A stretch of DNA of 35,816 nucleotides from a virus, in the IMG/VR virus record IMGVR_UViG_3300045988_056669, positions 1-35,816 of that record; one strand, given 5' to 3'. Below the pieces are notes generated by a model, which saw only the letters and a program-made list of their open reading frames with translations, had not been told where the DNA came from and did no database searches. Below are positions 15,079 to 24,421 of the stretch, piece after piece (the first letter of the stretch is position 1; every line of letters begins with the position of its first letter). Made by a program: the position numbers and the translations under genes.

Positions 15079-16015
15079 AGCGGAACAGCTAGCTAAAATC
15101 GAACGTGACGCATCTTTGGGAGATGAGTTCAATCGTCTATACAATTATCATTACAAGGAAATCGAGAAGGAAATACAAGCTTTTTATAATCGTTATGCTG
15201 ATAAGAATGGCTTGTCGATTGAAGAGGTGCAAAAACAAGTTGACAAAATGGACGTCAAGGCGTTCAAAGAGAAAGCTAAGCGGTACGTAGCCGAAAAGAA
15301 TTTTTCTCCAGAAGCTAACAGAGAACTCGGCATATACAATCTCAAAATGAAAGCCAGTCGACTAGAATTGTTACAGTGCCAACTCGATTTACAATTAATT
15401 GCATTGGGCAATGATGAACAGAAACAAACCAAAGATTTCATCACTAAAGACTATATAAACGAAATCAAAACGCAAGCTGGGTTACTTGGCAGGTCGGTCT
15501 TGACTCAAAAAGAAATCACACAAACAGTTAAAACACTGCTGAATACACCTTTCAAGGGCGCAACGTGGTCTGATAACATTTGGGAACGCCAAAACGTTTT
15601 GAGGCAAATCGTTGCAAAAATGACTGAAGAATACCTTTTGAAAGGAAAAAACCCAACGACGTTCATCAGTCAACTTAGAAAAGAATTCGATGTTTCTGTG
15701 AGCCAAGCTAAGCGTCTTGCGGTGACCGAAGGTGCAAGGGTGATGACGGAAGCGCAAAAGCAATCATTTACAGCAAACGGTTATGAGGAGTACGAATACA
15801 TCGCAGAACCAAGCGCTTGTCCGCATTGTGCAGCTTTGAGCGGAAAAATCTTCAAAGTTAAAAATATGATGCCGGGGGAGAACGCGGCACCAATGCACCC
15901 TCATTGTAGATGTTCAACTGCTGCTCACTACTCAAAATCGCAAGAAGAATATGAAGCTATGCTTGATAAATCAAGAGAAACACCGCTGGGTGTACCGATA
16001 AATTGGGAAGAATAA
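15047..16015 (+). CDS. minor head protein (Mu F / SPP1 gp7-like)
   Basis: The C-terminus EPSACPHCAALSGKIF...PMHPHCRCST is the hallmark of the Mu-F-like family. GAGGAAG RBS before the ATG at 15047. Confidence 0.88.
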   Translation: MVNKYWKKRIRAEQLAKIERDASLGDEFNRLYNYHYKEIEKEIQAFYNRYADKNGLSIEEVQKQVDKMDVKAFKEKAKRYVAEKNFSPEANRELGIYNLKMKASRLELLQCQLDLQLIALGNDEQKQTKDFITKDYINEIKTQAGLLGRSVLTQKEITQTVKTLLNTPFKGATWSDNIWERQNVLRQIVAKMTEEYLLKGKNPTTFISQLRKEFDVSVSQAKRLAVTEGARVMTEAQKQSFTANGYEEYEYIAEPSACPHCAALSGKIFKVKNMMPGENAAPMHPHCRCSTAAHYSKSQEEYEAMLDKSRETPLGVPINWEE

Positions 16016-16031
16016 GAATGTGAGGTTTTTT

Positions 16032-16178
16032 ATGATTTGGAATTTACTTAATTTCACTTTTGGGCTTTTGCTATTTTTGCTTTTAGCATTAGCTATTTGT
16101 GTTTCAATTGGTCTATTGATTGTTTTTATCATTGGCATTTTCAAAGGTCTGAAAAACGGACTTGAAAACAATAACTGA
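16032..16178 (+). CDS. tiny membrane protein (48 aa)
   Basis: Hand-translated. GTGAGG RBS. Almost entirely hydrophobic (LLLFLLLALAICVSIGLLIVFIIGIF). Confidence 0.5.
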   Translation: MIWNLLNFTFGLLLFLLLALAICVSIGLLIVFIIGIFKGLKNGLENNN

Positions 16179-16202
16179 AGTCGTATTTTATACGGCTTTT
16201 TT
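16179..16202 (+). terminator. intrinsic terminator-like hairpin plus T-run, 6 nt upstream of the tRNA
   Basis: AGTCGTA-TTTTA-TACGGCT (7 bp, one G.U) followed by TTTTT. Confidence 0.6.
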
Positions 16203-16207
16203 ATTCT

Positions 16208-16294
16208 GGAAGATTACTCAAGTGGTTAAGAGAACAGGTTGCTAACCTTGTAGGCGTGTGAAAGCGTGCGAGGGTTCGAGTCCCTCATCTTCCG
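16208..16294 (+). tRNA. tRNA-Ser (anticodon GCT), type II with a long variable arm. The anticodon stem has one extra T (a bulge).
   Basis: Acceptor GGAAGAT/ATCTTCC. D-arm CTC-AAGTGGTTAA-GAG. Anticodon loop TTGCTAA. Variable arm GCGTG-TGAAAG-CGTGC. T-arm GAGGG-TTCGAGT-CCCTC. The 3' strand of the anticodon stem reads CCTTGT where CCTGT is expected. Confidence 0.85.
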
Positions 16295-16468
16295 TTGACT
16301 TGGCTGGTCGTTAAATAAGCCAAATAAACATCACTAGCGTGGCTTGTTAAGTCCTGAATAGAATTACATTAAATAGAGACTAGAGGGCGTGAGACGTCCG
16401 TTCTCGTGGCTCTATGAATGCGCTGGAAATTTAGGGTGACACAAGACTAGCATGGGAGGAATTAGAAA

Positions 16469-17113
16469 ATGGAAAAACAACAACTTTTAGCGTTAAACGC
16501 TCGAAACTTGCAATTGTTTGCAGATGGTGGTGAATCTGGAGGAGCAGACACTGGCGGAAACGATAGCGATTTTAATAACGATGTAGAAAATAATGATGCG
16601 CACGAAACAGACCCAGCGTTTGAAGTTCCTAAAACTCAATCAGAGCTTGATAGCATTATCAACAAGTCAAATCAAAAAGCTCTAGACAACTACAAAAAAG
16701 GCGAAGCACAACGTATTCAAGACGCAATTGCAGAGGCTCTTAAGAAAGAAAAAGACTACTCACAGTTATCTGAAGAGGAACGTGCCAAACGTGAATTTGA
16801 AGATAAACAGAAAGCATTCGCTGAAGAAAAAGCTAAATTTGAACGTGATAAGTTGGTCATTCAAGTCGAAAAGGATTTAGTTTCAAAAGGTTTACCAGCT
16901 GAATTTGCAGAATTGTTTGCTTTAGACAATGCTGAAAATTCTTTGAAAAAAGTAGGAGAGTTCGAAGCTGTCTTTAATCAAGCGGTAGCTGAAGCTGTTA
17001 AAGTTTCCTTACGTCAAAAAGCACCTGGTATCGGTGCTTCAAGTGTTAAACAAACAAATTATGGTGCTAACTTAGCTCAATATGCTAATGCTAGCAGCAA
17101 GAAACTTTTTTAA
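16469..17113 (+). CDS. capsid scaffolding protein
   Basis: N-terminal LNARNLQLFAD motif typical of DUF4355-type scaffolds. Coiled-coil, charged composition. Located upstream of the capsid gene. Confidence 0.8.
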   Translation: MEKQQLLALNARNLQLFADGGESGGADTGGNDSDFNNDVENNDAHETDPAFEVPKTQSELDSIINKSNQKALDNYKKGEAQRIQDAIAEALKKEKDYSQLSEEERAKREFEDKQKAFAEEKAKFERDKLVIQVEKDLVSKGLPAEFAELFALDNAENSLKKVGEFEAVFNQAVAEAVKVSLRQKAPGIGASSVKQTNYGANLAQYANASSKKLF

Positions 17114-17128
17114 AAGGAGGGGCATGAT

Positions 17129-17506
17129 ATGCCAAAAACATTTTTCGGAAACACTGAAATTCTTCACAACACACCTTACGAGGCAATTTCAGTTTTGGTT
17201 GACAAAACAACAACAGGTACAGTCGTTGAAAATGGTCGAACTATTCTAAAGGCTGGGGCCATCCTATCTGGGGACGGCGCCTCAATCTTTGCAGACCGCA
17301 CTAAAAAAGTAAAAGTTGAAACAAATCCGTCAGAAGCAACATATGTTGACGGAATTCTGCTTTACGATGTTGACGTAACAGAGAAAGACGCAGTCGCTTC
17401 ACTTGTTTATCGTGGTACTTTGCGAGAAGATAAAATCGGTTCAGGGACAGTGGACGCAAACGTCAAATCTAAACTATCTCATATTCAATTCGTGAAAGGA
17501 GCTTAA
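17129..17506 (+). CDS. head-associated protein (putative decoration protein), 125 aa
   Basis: AAGGAGG RBS. Position between the scaffold and major capsid genes. Function inferred from synteny only. Confidence 0.7.
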   Translation: MPKTFFGNTEILHNTPYEAISVLVDKTTTGTVVENGRTILKAGAILSGDGASIFADRTKKVKVETNPSEATYVDGILLYDVDVTEKDAVASLVYRGTLREDKIGSGTVDANVKSKLSHIQFVKGA

Positions 17507-17510
17507 TAAT

Positions 17511-18560
17511 ATGCCATTAATTTATGATACAGTAACAGCCTCAAACCTTGCTGGATATTGGAACGCACGTCAACAAGAAGTTGACTCAACTATCGGAGAA
17601 AAATTCTTCCCAGCTCGCAAACAACTTGGACTTAAGCTTGCACTCGTAAAAGGCTCAGCTGGTCTTCCAGTTGTCTTGAAACCATCTGCGTTTGATACAA
17701 AAGCAACACTTCGTGAACGCATGAACGTCACTCTAGACGAACAAGAAATGCCATTCTTTAAAGAGTCATTACTCGTCAAAGAACAAGACCGTCAACAATT
17801 GAACGTTATCGCTCAAACTGGTAACCAAGCGCTTATTGATACAGTTGTTTCTGGTATCTTTGATGACACTGCAACGTTGCTATCTGGCGCTCACGCACGA
17901 CTTGAAGCAATGCGTATGCAAGTGCTCGCAACTGGTAAAATTGGGGTTATTTCAAACGGTGTTGCACAAGATTTTGATTATCATGTAGACCCTGACCACA
18001 AAGGAACAGTAACGACTTCTTGGACAGACCTAGCAACATCAACACCACTTGCAGATATCGAAGCTGCAGTCAGCGCTTTGGAAAACCTCGGCTCTACGCC
18101 AGAAGTCATTATTTTGAATTCAAAAACTTTGAGCCAAATCAAAAATGCCAAAAGCACTCTCGCTTTGATTAAACCGACTGCACCAGATGCATCATCAGTT
18201 AAGAAATCAGAGCTTTTCGACTATCTTGAAAGTGAACTCGGCTTGACAGTTGTTGTCAAAAACCAAACTTACAAAGATGCTGATGGCGTTGCTAAAAAAT
18301 ACTATCCAGACGGACACATCACCCTTGCACCTAACACGCAGCTTGGTGAAACAGTCTTTGGAACAACTCCAGAAGAAAGTGACCTTCTCGGTGGCAGCGT
18401 AACAAATGCTAAGGTCGAAATCGTCGACGCTGGTATTGCCGTAACAACAACTACTAAAACAGACCCAGTCAACGTCGAAACTAAGGTCTCAATGATTGCA
18501 CTTCCATCATTCAAAAACTTGGCAGATGTTTATATGTTGACTACAGTACCTGAAGCTTAG
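17511..18560 (+). CDS. major capsid protein (lambda E-like family)
   Basis: 349 aa. The N-terminus ...LAGYWNARQQEVDSTIGEKFFPARK... is typical of E-type capsid proteins. Synteny supports the call. Confidence 0.9.
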   Translation: MPLIYDTVTASNLAGYWNARQQEVDSTIGEKFFPARKQLGLKLALVKGSAGLPVVLKPSAFDTKATLRERMNVTLDEQEMPFFKESLLVKEQDRQQLNVIAQTGNQALIDTVVSGIFDDTATLLSGAHARLEAMRMQVLATGKIGVISNGVAQDFDYHVDPDHKGTVTTSWTDLATSTPLADIEAAVSALENLGSTPEVIILNSKTLSQIKNAKSTLALIKPTAPDASSVKKSELFDYLESELGLTVVVKNQTYKDADGVAKKYYPDGHITLAPNTQLGETVFGTTPEESDLLGGSVTNAKVEIVDAGIAVTTTTKTDPVNVETKVSMIALPSFKNLADVYMLTTVPEA

Positions 18561-18573
18561 GCATGGTGATTGT

Positions 18574-18726
18574 ATGGTAAAAGTGATTGCAGGTTTTCGA
18601 GACAAACTTACCGACGTAATTTATCCAGCTGGCTCTGATTACGTTGGCGAGCGTGTCGAAGAATTGACGGAAAAGGGTTTTTTGAAAAAAGAGAGCAGAA
18701 GTAAAGCTAAGAAGAAATCTGAATAG
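18574..18726 (+). CDS. small conserved-looking protein after the capsid gene (50 aa, basic tail)
   Basis: Hand-translated: MVKVIAGFRDKLTDVIYPAGSDYVGERVEELTEKGFLKKE... Resembles small post-capsid proteins of other siphophages (from memory). Confidence 0.55.
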   Translation: MVKVIAGFRDKLTDVIYPAGSDYVGERVEELTEKGFLKKESRSKAKKKSE

Positions 18727-18734
18727 GGGTGCTT

Positions 18735-19079
18735 ATGGCTGATTTTGAAAACACAGTTTTGAACAATGTGAAAGAAGACTTAGATTTAAGTGACGATATT
18801 CAAGATAAAGTGTTGAAGCGATTGATTTCAAAAGTCTGTGACCATTTCAAATTGGCTTACAGCACTGACGTTATCGACGACAAATTTAGTTTTATCATTG
18901 AAGATTGCACTATAAAACGTTTCAATCGCAGAGGAGCTGAAGGAGCTAGCTCAGAAACGATTGAGGGACATTCAGTCTCATATGAAGATGTCAAATACGA
19001 ATTTTTGCCGTATGATGACCTCTTGCAAAAGGAATTTGCAACAGGGAAGGCAAAAAACGGAAAGGTGTTCGTATTATGA
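18735..19079 (+). CDS. head-tail connector protein (gp6-like)
   Basis: The N-terminus MADFENTVLNNVKEDLDLSDDIQDKVLKRLI is typical of the family. Synteny supports the call. Confidence 0.8.
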   Translation: MADFENTVLNNVKEDLDLSDDIQDKVLKRLISKVCDHFKLAYSTDVIDDKFSFIIEDCTIKRFNRRGAEGASSETIEGHSVSYEDVKYEFLPYDDLLQKEFATGKAKNGKVFVL

Positions 19080-19393
19080 GAGAAGCAGAACGAGCAGCGC
19101 TTGTTTTGAAAACGAGCAAGCCAGCTTACAATCCAGAAACAGGCAAAATGGACAAGGGGGGAACACAAGAAATTGTCGTCCCTTGTTTTGTGTCTGAAAT
19201 GGGGCTAGAGTTAAAAAATCAACTCTTGAACAACAAACTAAACGTTGACGCTTGGATTATGCGAGTTAATAAGCCGATTTCTGGCTCCGTAGAGAGCGTA
19301 AAACTTTACGGTAAGAAGTATTACATTATTAATCGCAAAACGTTTTACAAGCGACGTGAGGCTATTTATTTGAGTGAGGTTAATCACGAATGA
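19076..19393 (+). CDS. head closure / head-tail adaptor protein
   Basis: Size, ATGA coupling and synteny. Confidence 0.72.
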   Translation: MREAERAALVLKTSKPAYNPETGKMDKGGTQEIVVPCFVSEMGLELKNQLLNNKLNVDAWIMRVNKPISGSVESVKLYGKKYYIINRKTFYKRREAIYLSEVNHE

Positions 19394-19740
19394 GTGTTAC
19401 ATTTAATGGTGATAAAGAGTTAGCAAACGTGCTTAATAAAATGGCACGTACAGAAGTTTACAAAGAAATTGTCAAGAAGAATGGTGCAGCGCTTCAAAAG
19501 ACAGCTCAACGTAAAGCAGTATTCAAAAAAGGATATTCAACAGGAGCGACTGGGCGTTCCATTACTCTTGATTTAGCAAATGACGGTTTGCGTGCGGTAA
19601 TTAAAGCCAACACTGATTATTCTGGCTATCTTGAAGTCGGAACTCGAAAAATGGAAGCTCAACCATTCATGCGACCAGCTCTTAACGAAATACAGCCAAA
19701 ATTTATCGACGATTTAAGGAGAGCAGGAATTGTTAAATAA
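19390..19740 (+). CDS. HK97 gp10-like tail component
   Basis: ...DYSGYLEVGTRKMEAQPFMRPAL motif; synteny. Confidence 0.8.
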   Translation: MSVTFNGDKELANVLNKMARTEVYKEIVKKNGAALQKTAQRKAVFKKGYSTGATGRSITLDLANDGLRAVIKANTDYSGYLEVGTRKMEAQPFMRPALNEIQPKFIDDLRRAGIVK

Positions 19741-20119
19741 ACAACCAGACCAAGAAATACACGACGAATTAATCAAACGGTCTATTGCTCTAGGTTTGCC
19801 AGCTTTTCCATTTCTGCCAGACGATAATGAGCCTTACCCTTTTATGGTTGTGGCTTATACGCAGATTATCCCACAGCCAACAAAGACTAGATTAATTGGC
19901 GAAGTCGCCGTTCAATGTGATGTTTGGGCGGCCTCAGATGATAGGAAGCTTGTTTCTGATTGGGTTGGCAAGCTCATGGAAGAGTTTAGCAATATTAAGA
20001 AAATAGGCAGCAGGCAATGGTTTATGGAATACGAAAGTTCCAGCCAAATCAACAAAGACAATTCAACTCCAGAACTGCTTTATCATGGTATTCTGGATTT
20101 AAAATTCAAATTTATTTAA
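19730..20119 (+). CDS. tail completion / tail terminator protein (TTG start)
   Basis: Synteny. AGGAG upstream. There is no in-frame ATG near the start of the ORF. Confidence 0.68.
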   Translation: MLNKQPDQEIHDELIKRSIALGLPAFPFLPDDNEPYPFMVVAYTQIIPQPTKTRLIGEVAVQCDVWAASDDRKLVSDWVGKLMEEFSNIKKIGSRQWFMEYESSSQINKDNSTPELLYHGILDLKFKFI

Positions 20120-20135
20120 AGGAGGAATAAACAAA

Positions 20136-20621
20136 ATGGCAAATTTTGGTAAAAACAAAATTTTGATGTTCCGAAAATTAGGAGATAAAACATCAGCAGC
20201 TAAGCTAGCTTTGCAAACGGAGCACAAATGGAAATATGAACGTAAGAACGACTCGACAGCTACTAAAGACGGCTCAGTTATTTCTGACAAAGGGCTTGAA
20301 GTTACACTTTCAATTGAAGCGGTGGCAACACGAGATGCGCTTAATTTGATGCTGAAAGACTCAGTAGTCAGCGGCTACAAACTTGAAGTGTGGGAAATTG
20401 ACCTCGCAGGAGAAAAACAAGAAAATAAATTTCCAGCACTTTATGCTCAAGGTTCGCTTAACTCTTGGGAAGTTCCAGAAAACGTTGAAGACCTTGAAAC
20501 AATCTCAACTGAAATGGCTATCGAAGGGAAACCAGTTGCAGGTTTCGCAACACTTTCAGACTCACAAATTGCAGAAATTAATTACGCATTCAAAGACACA
20601 ACAGAAATCACAGGTCAATAA
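20136..20621 (+). CDS. major tail protein
   Basis: AAGGAGG RBS. 161 aa. Followed by a strong terminator and the chaperone gene pair. Confidence 0.85.
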   Translation: MANFGKNKILMFRKLGDKTSAAKLALQTEHKWKYERKNDSTATKDGSVISDKGLEVTLSIEAVATRDALNLMLKDSVVSGYKLEVWEIDLAGEKQENKFPALYAQGSLNSWEVPENVEDLETISTEMAIEGKPVAGFATLSDSQIAEINYAFKDTTEITGQ

Positions 20622-20628
20622 CATTTAC

Positions 20629-20653
20629 GGGGCTTTTTAGCCCCTTTTATTTT
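20629..20653 (+). terminator. intrinsic terminator after the major tail protein gene
   Basis: GGGGCT-TTTT-AGCCCC followed by TTTTATTTT. Confidence 0.8.
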
Positions 20654-20674
20654 AGGTAAGGAGTAACAAATATA

Positions 20675-21028
20675 ATGAAATCACTTGAAATCAACGGAAA
20701 AGAATACGATTTGCATTTTGGTATTGATTTTATCCGTGAAATGGATAAACGTTATCAAATCACAAATAGCTCAGGAGCTACTTTCGGCATGGGACTTTCT
20801 AGCGCAGTCATTTATATCCAAGATAAAAACCCGGTCGTTTTGGCTGATATTATCTTGTCAGCAACACACACTTTGAAACAAATTCCACGCTTGGCGGACA
20901 TCGAAGCATGGCTCGAAAGCCAAGAAGACTTGGATAAAGTGTTTGATGATTTTTTATCAGCATTAGCCAATGCACCGTTGACGAAATCAAAAGTCAAAGA
21001 GATGTTAGCAGCGGTAGCGGAAGCTTAA
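20675..21028 (+). CDS. tail assembly chaperone (gpG-like)
   Basis: Position directly before the tape measure gene. AAGGAG RBS. Confidence 0.75.
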   Translation: MKSLEINGKEYDLHFGIDFIREMDKRYQITNSSGATFGMGLSSAVIYIQDKNPVVLADIILSATHTLKQIPRLADIEAWLESQEDLDKVFDDFLSALANAPLTKSKVKEMLAAVAEA

Positions 21029-21075
21029 GCAACAAAACAACACTAGCAAATAGCAGCAAGGAAGTATACGAAGAT

Positions 21076-21420
21076 ATGCTCGCTTCTGCTATTGGCTTGT
21101 ATGGTGTCAGCTCGCTAACCGAAGCCAAACGCATGACCATCGAAGAGTTTAACGTGCGCAAGCGTGGCTACTTAATGCGACGCTTGAACAGAGAACGAGA
21201 GTTATATTTGCAAGCCTACCTAAATAGATTAATCAAAGCTACTGATAAGAGTGGCAAACAATACGTGTATGCCAAGTTTGAAGATTTTTACAACGAGGCA
21301 AAACAACGAAATGCCGTGCTCGGAAACGGTCACGGAAATGCGGTAAATAGTGATTTAGTAGCAATCGCTAAACGCCGTCAAAAATATCTAAAAAAGGGGG
21401 TAGCAGATAATGGCAAGTAA
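21076..21420 (+). CDS. second tail chaperone ORF (gpT-like position), in the -1 frame relative to 20675-21028
   Basis: Synteny. The frame is open from 21019. Whether it is made by frameshifting or by independent initiation at 21076 is unresolved. Confidence 0.6.
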   Translation: MLASAIGLYGVSSLTEAKRMTIEEFNVRKRGYLMRRLNRERELYLQAYLNRLIKATDKSGKQYVYAKFEDFYNEAKQRNAVLGNGHGNAVNSDLVAIAKRRQKYLKKGVADNGK

Positions 21421-24400
21421 CTCTTATACCGTCGAGGCAGTCCTTAAAGCGGACACATCCAATTTTACAAGCAACTTAGACAGAGCCAGCAGCGCTTTTA
21501 ATACGTTCACTAACAGTGCCAAAGGAAAGCTAGGAGCCATCGGCGATAACTTCGAAAAAGTCGGAAACTCGATGAATAAGAAGCTAACCGTTCCGATAAT
21601 GGCAGGACTAGGTGCTTCGGTTAAGACGTTTACAACTTTTGATGATTCAATGCGCAAAGTGGCAGCAACGTCTGGCATAGCGGCTGATTCATCTAGTAAA
21701 GCTTACATGCAAATGCGCAAGCAAGCTCAAGATTTAGGTGCTAGCACGCGCTACAGTGCGTCCGAAGTTGCTGAAGGTATGAACTACATGGCAATGGCTG
21801 GTTGGAGCGCTGAGCAAACTATGGCTGGTATCCCAGCAGTCTTAGACTTGGCTGCCGCTTCTGGTGAAAATCTAGGAACGACTTCCGACATTGTAACCGA
21901 TGCAATGACTGCGTTTGGTATGCAAGCCGAACAGGCAGGAGAGTTCGCTGATATTTTAGCAGCAGCAAGTTCAAACGCTAATACTAACGTTTCTATGATG
22001 GGTGACACATTCAAGTATGTTGCGCCAGTTGCTGGGTCGCTTGGATTCAACGCAAAAGATACTGCAATCGCTATCGGATTGATGGCAAATAGTGGTATTA
22101 AGGGGTCTCAAGCTGGTACAGCATTGCGTGCAGGTTTAGTTAACTTAGTTAACCCGTCTGAAGCTGCTCAAAAAGCTATGGACACATTAGGAATCTCCGT
22201 TACTGATAGCGAGGGCAACATGAAGAGCTTCCGCACAATCATGGGAGACTTGCGTGAAAAAATGGGTGGGTTGTCTGAAACTCAAAAAGCATCGGCTGCG
22301 GCAACAATCTTTGGTAAGGAAGCCATGTCTGGTTGGTTAGCAATTATCAATTCATCAGACAAAGATTTCAACAAGTTAACAAACGCTATTGATAATTCTC
22401 AAGGTTCCACTAAACGAATGGTTAACACCATGGAAGGTGGTATAGGTGGTGCGTTCCGTAACTTAAAATCAGCCATCGAGGGGCTTGGGATTGCTATTGG
22501 TGAACGTTTAGCACCGTACATTGAAAAAGCTGCTAAGTACATCACTGACCTAGCTCAAAAGTTTAAGGCTTTATCTCCAGCGCAACAAGACACAATTATA
22601 AAAATTGCCTTGGTTGTCGCTGCGATTGGTCCTTTGCTGATTGCTATCAGTAAAGTTTTTAAGACTATAAAAACTGTGATTACAGTAGTTCAGTTCTTAG
22701 CTAACCCATTCGGTATTGCTGTGGTTGCTATTATTGCTGCAGTAGCAGCGTTCGTTTACTTTTACACGCATTCTGAAAAATTCAGAACAATTGTTAACAA
22801 CGCTATTAAAAGTGTAATTAAAGCATGGGATAGCTTAAAAGCAGCGTGGGATACAGCCAAAGAATGGGCAGGCAATGTTTGGAACGGAATGAAAGAGGTT
22901 ATCAGCAATGCAATCGAGGGCATTAAAGCTACATGGAGTGGTATCAAAGAAAGCTTCACGAACGCTTGGAACGGCATAACCGAATGGTTTTCTAATCTTT
23001 GGAATGGAATCAAACAAGCACCGTCAAACGCTGTTGAAAGTATTAAAAACATGTGGTCGAGCGTCAAAGATTTCTTTTCTAATCTTTGGAACGGAATCAC
23101 GCAAATTTTTAGCACAGTTTGGCAAACAATACAAGCTGCTGTCTTACCTATTATTCAACCGTTTATCGACATCATGCTTAGTTACTGGCAAAACTTATCA
23201 ATGTCATTCTCTCAAATTTGGGACGGCGTTAAGCAAGTTTTTCAAGGTGCGTGGGAAATAATTAAAGCTATTGTTCTGGGTCCCGTTTTAATTATTTGTG
23301 ATTTAATCACAGGTAATTTTGACAAAGTTGGTTCAGACTTGCAGTTGATTTGGCAAAGTATCACAACAGGCGTAAGCACTGCGTGGAATGGCGTTCTCGG
23401 TATTCTTTCAGGGATTTGGAACGCTATTCTTGCTGCATGTCAAGTAATATGGCAAACGATGACAACATCTGTAACAACTATCGTTAACGGTCTTGTTTCT
23501 GGGGTTGTCGGCTTATGGAATGGGTTACAAAGCGCTGTGGTTTCAATTGCTAGTGCGATTGCAAACGGAGCCATCTCCGCTTGGAACGGTTTGACTAGCG
23601 GGATTTCTAGCCTTGTTTCTGGCTTTGTCGGCACGATTACAGGACTATGGAACGGATTGAGCAGTGGCGTAATCGGCATAGCTCGTGGGCTTGTTTCTGG
23701 CGCTATTGGTGCGTTCAACGGATTGGTTAGCGGTGTCAGCTCGATTGTAAGTTCCGTCAGTGGTGTTTTAAGAAGTCTGGGCAACATTGACTTGGCTGGT
23801 GCTGGTGCAGCAATCATGAATGGCTTTCTGGGTGGCTTGAAATCTGCTTGGGGAGCGGTTCAAAGTTTTGTCGGTGGCATTGCCGATTGGATTCGTGACC
23901 ACAAAGGACCAATCAGTTATGACCGAGTGCTTTTAAAACCTGCAGGTAAAGCAATCATGCAAGGTCTAAACGAGGGCTTGAACGATATGTTCGGACAAGT
24001 TCAAAATACCGTGCATAATGTGACAGCTATTTTTGAAGAGTTTGACCCAACTCAAACGGTAACGTTTGGTGTTGAAAGCAATACAAAAGCAGTTGCTGAC
24101 AATATCCAAGATTTTCAATCGCAATTGCGAAGCAATATTGCTGATTTTAACGCACAAATTGCTGATATGATGTCTAATAACTACAGTTATCAATTTGAAA
24201 GCGGTACTTACTCAAATAACATCGAGGTTACTTATCGCAATCAAGAAGGCGAAAAATTAGAAATTATCAGACAAGCTATTGATACCGTTAAGCGTGCCGT
24301 TTCTCGTGATACAGTGCTAAATGTTGATGGCCGAGAATTTGCAAGAGCAACTGGTGATGACATCGATGGCTACTTAACTAACAAACAAAATACTGAAAAT

Positions 24401-24421
24401 TTAGTGAGGGGGCTTAAATAA
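21410..24421 (+). CDS. tape measure protein (1003 aa)
   Basis: Size and position. TM-like central segment. Periodic W-x-G/WNG repeats (NVWNGMKEV..., NAWNGITEW..., NLWNGIKQ..., NLWNGITQ...). Confidence 0.92.
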   Translation: MASNSYTVEAVLKADTSNFTSNLDRASSAFNTFTNSAKGKLGAIGDNFEKVGNSMNKKLTVPIMAGLGASVKTFTTFDDSMRKVAATSGIAADSSSKAYMQMRKQAQDLGASTRYSASEVAEGMNYMAMAGWSAEQTMAGIPAVLDLAAASGENLGTTSDIVTDAMTAFGMQAEQAGEFADILAAASSNANTNVSMMGDTFKYVAPVAGSLGFNAKDTAIAIGLMANSGIKGSQAGTALRAGLVNLVNPSEAAQKAMDTLGISVTDSEGNMKSFRTIMGDLREKMGGLSETQKASAAATIFGKEAMSGWLAIINSSDKDFNKLTNAIDNSQGSTKRMVNTMEGGIGGAFRNLKSAIEGLGIAIGERLAPYIEKAAKYITDLAQKFKALSPAQQDTIIKIALVVAAIGPLLIAISKVFKTIKTVITVVQFLANPFGIAVVAIIAAVAAFVYFYTHSEKFRTIVNNAIKSVIKAWDSLKAAWDTAKEWAGNVWNGMKEVISNAIEGIKATWSGIKESFTNAWNGITEWFSNLWNGIKQAPSNAVESIKNMWSSVKDFFSNLWNGITQIFSTVWQTIQAAVLPIIQPFIDIMLSYWQNLSMSFSQIWDGVKQVFQGAWEIIKAIVLGPVLIICDLITGNFDKVGSDLQLIWQSITTGVSTAWNGVLGILSGIWNAILAACQVIWQTMTTSVTTIVNGLVSGVVGLWNGLQSAVVSIASAIANGAISAWNGLTSGISSLVSGFVGTITGLWNGLSSGVIGIARGLVSGAIGAFNGLVSGVSSIVSSVSGVLRSLGNIDLAGAGAAIMNGFLGGLKSAWGAVQSFVGGIADWIRDHKGPISYDRVLLKPAGKAIMQGLNEGLNDMFGQVQNTVHNVTAIFEEFDPTQTVTFGVESNTKAVADNIQDFQSQLRSNIADFNAQIADMMSNNYSYQFESGTYSNNIEVTYRNQEGEKLEIIRQAIDTVKRAVSRDTVLNVDGREFARATGDDIDGYLTNKQNTENLVRGLK

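Noticed and set aside
21410-24421. Periodic DNA and protein repeats (WNG motifs) in the tape measure gene as a possible repeat element
   Set aside because: The periodicity is at the protein level and is characteristic of tape measure proteins. It is not an independent genetic element.
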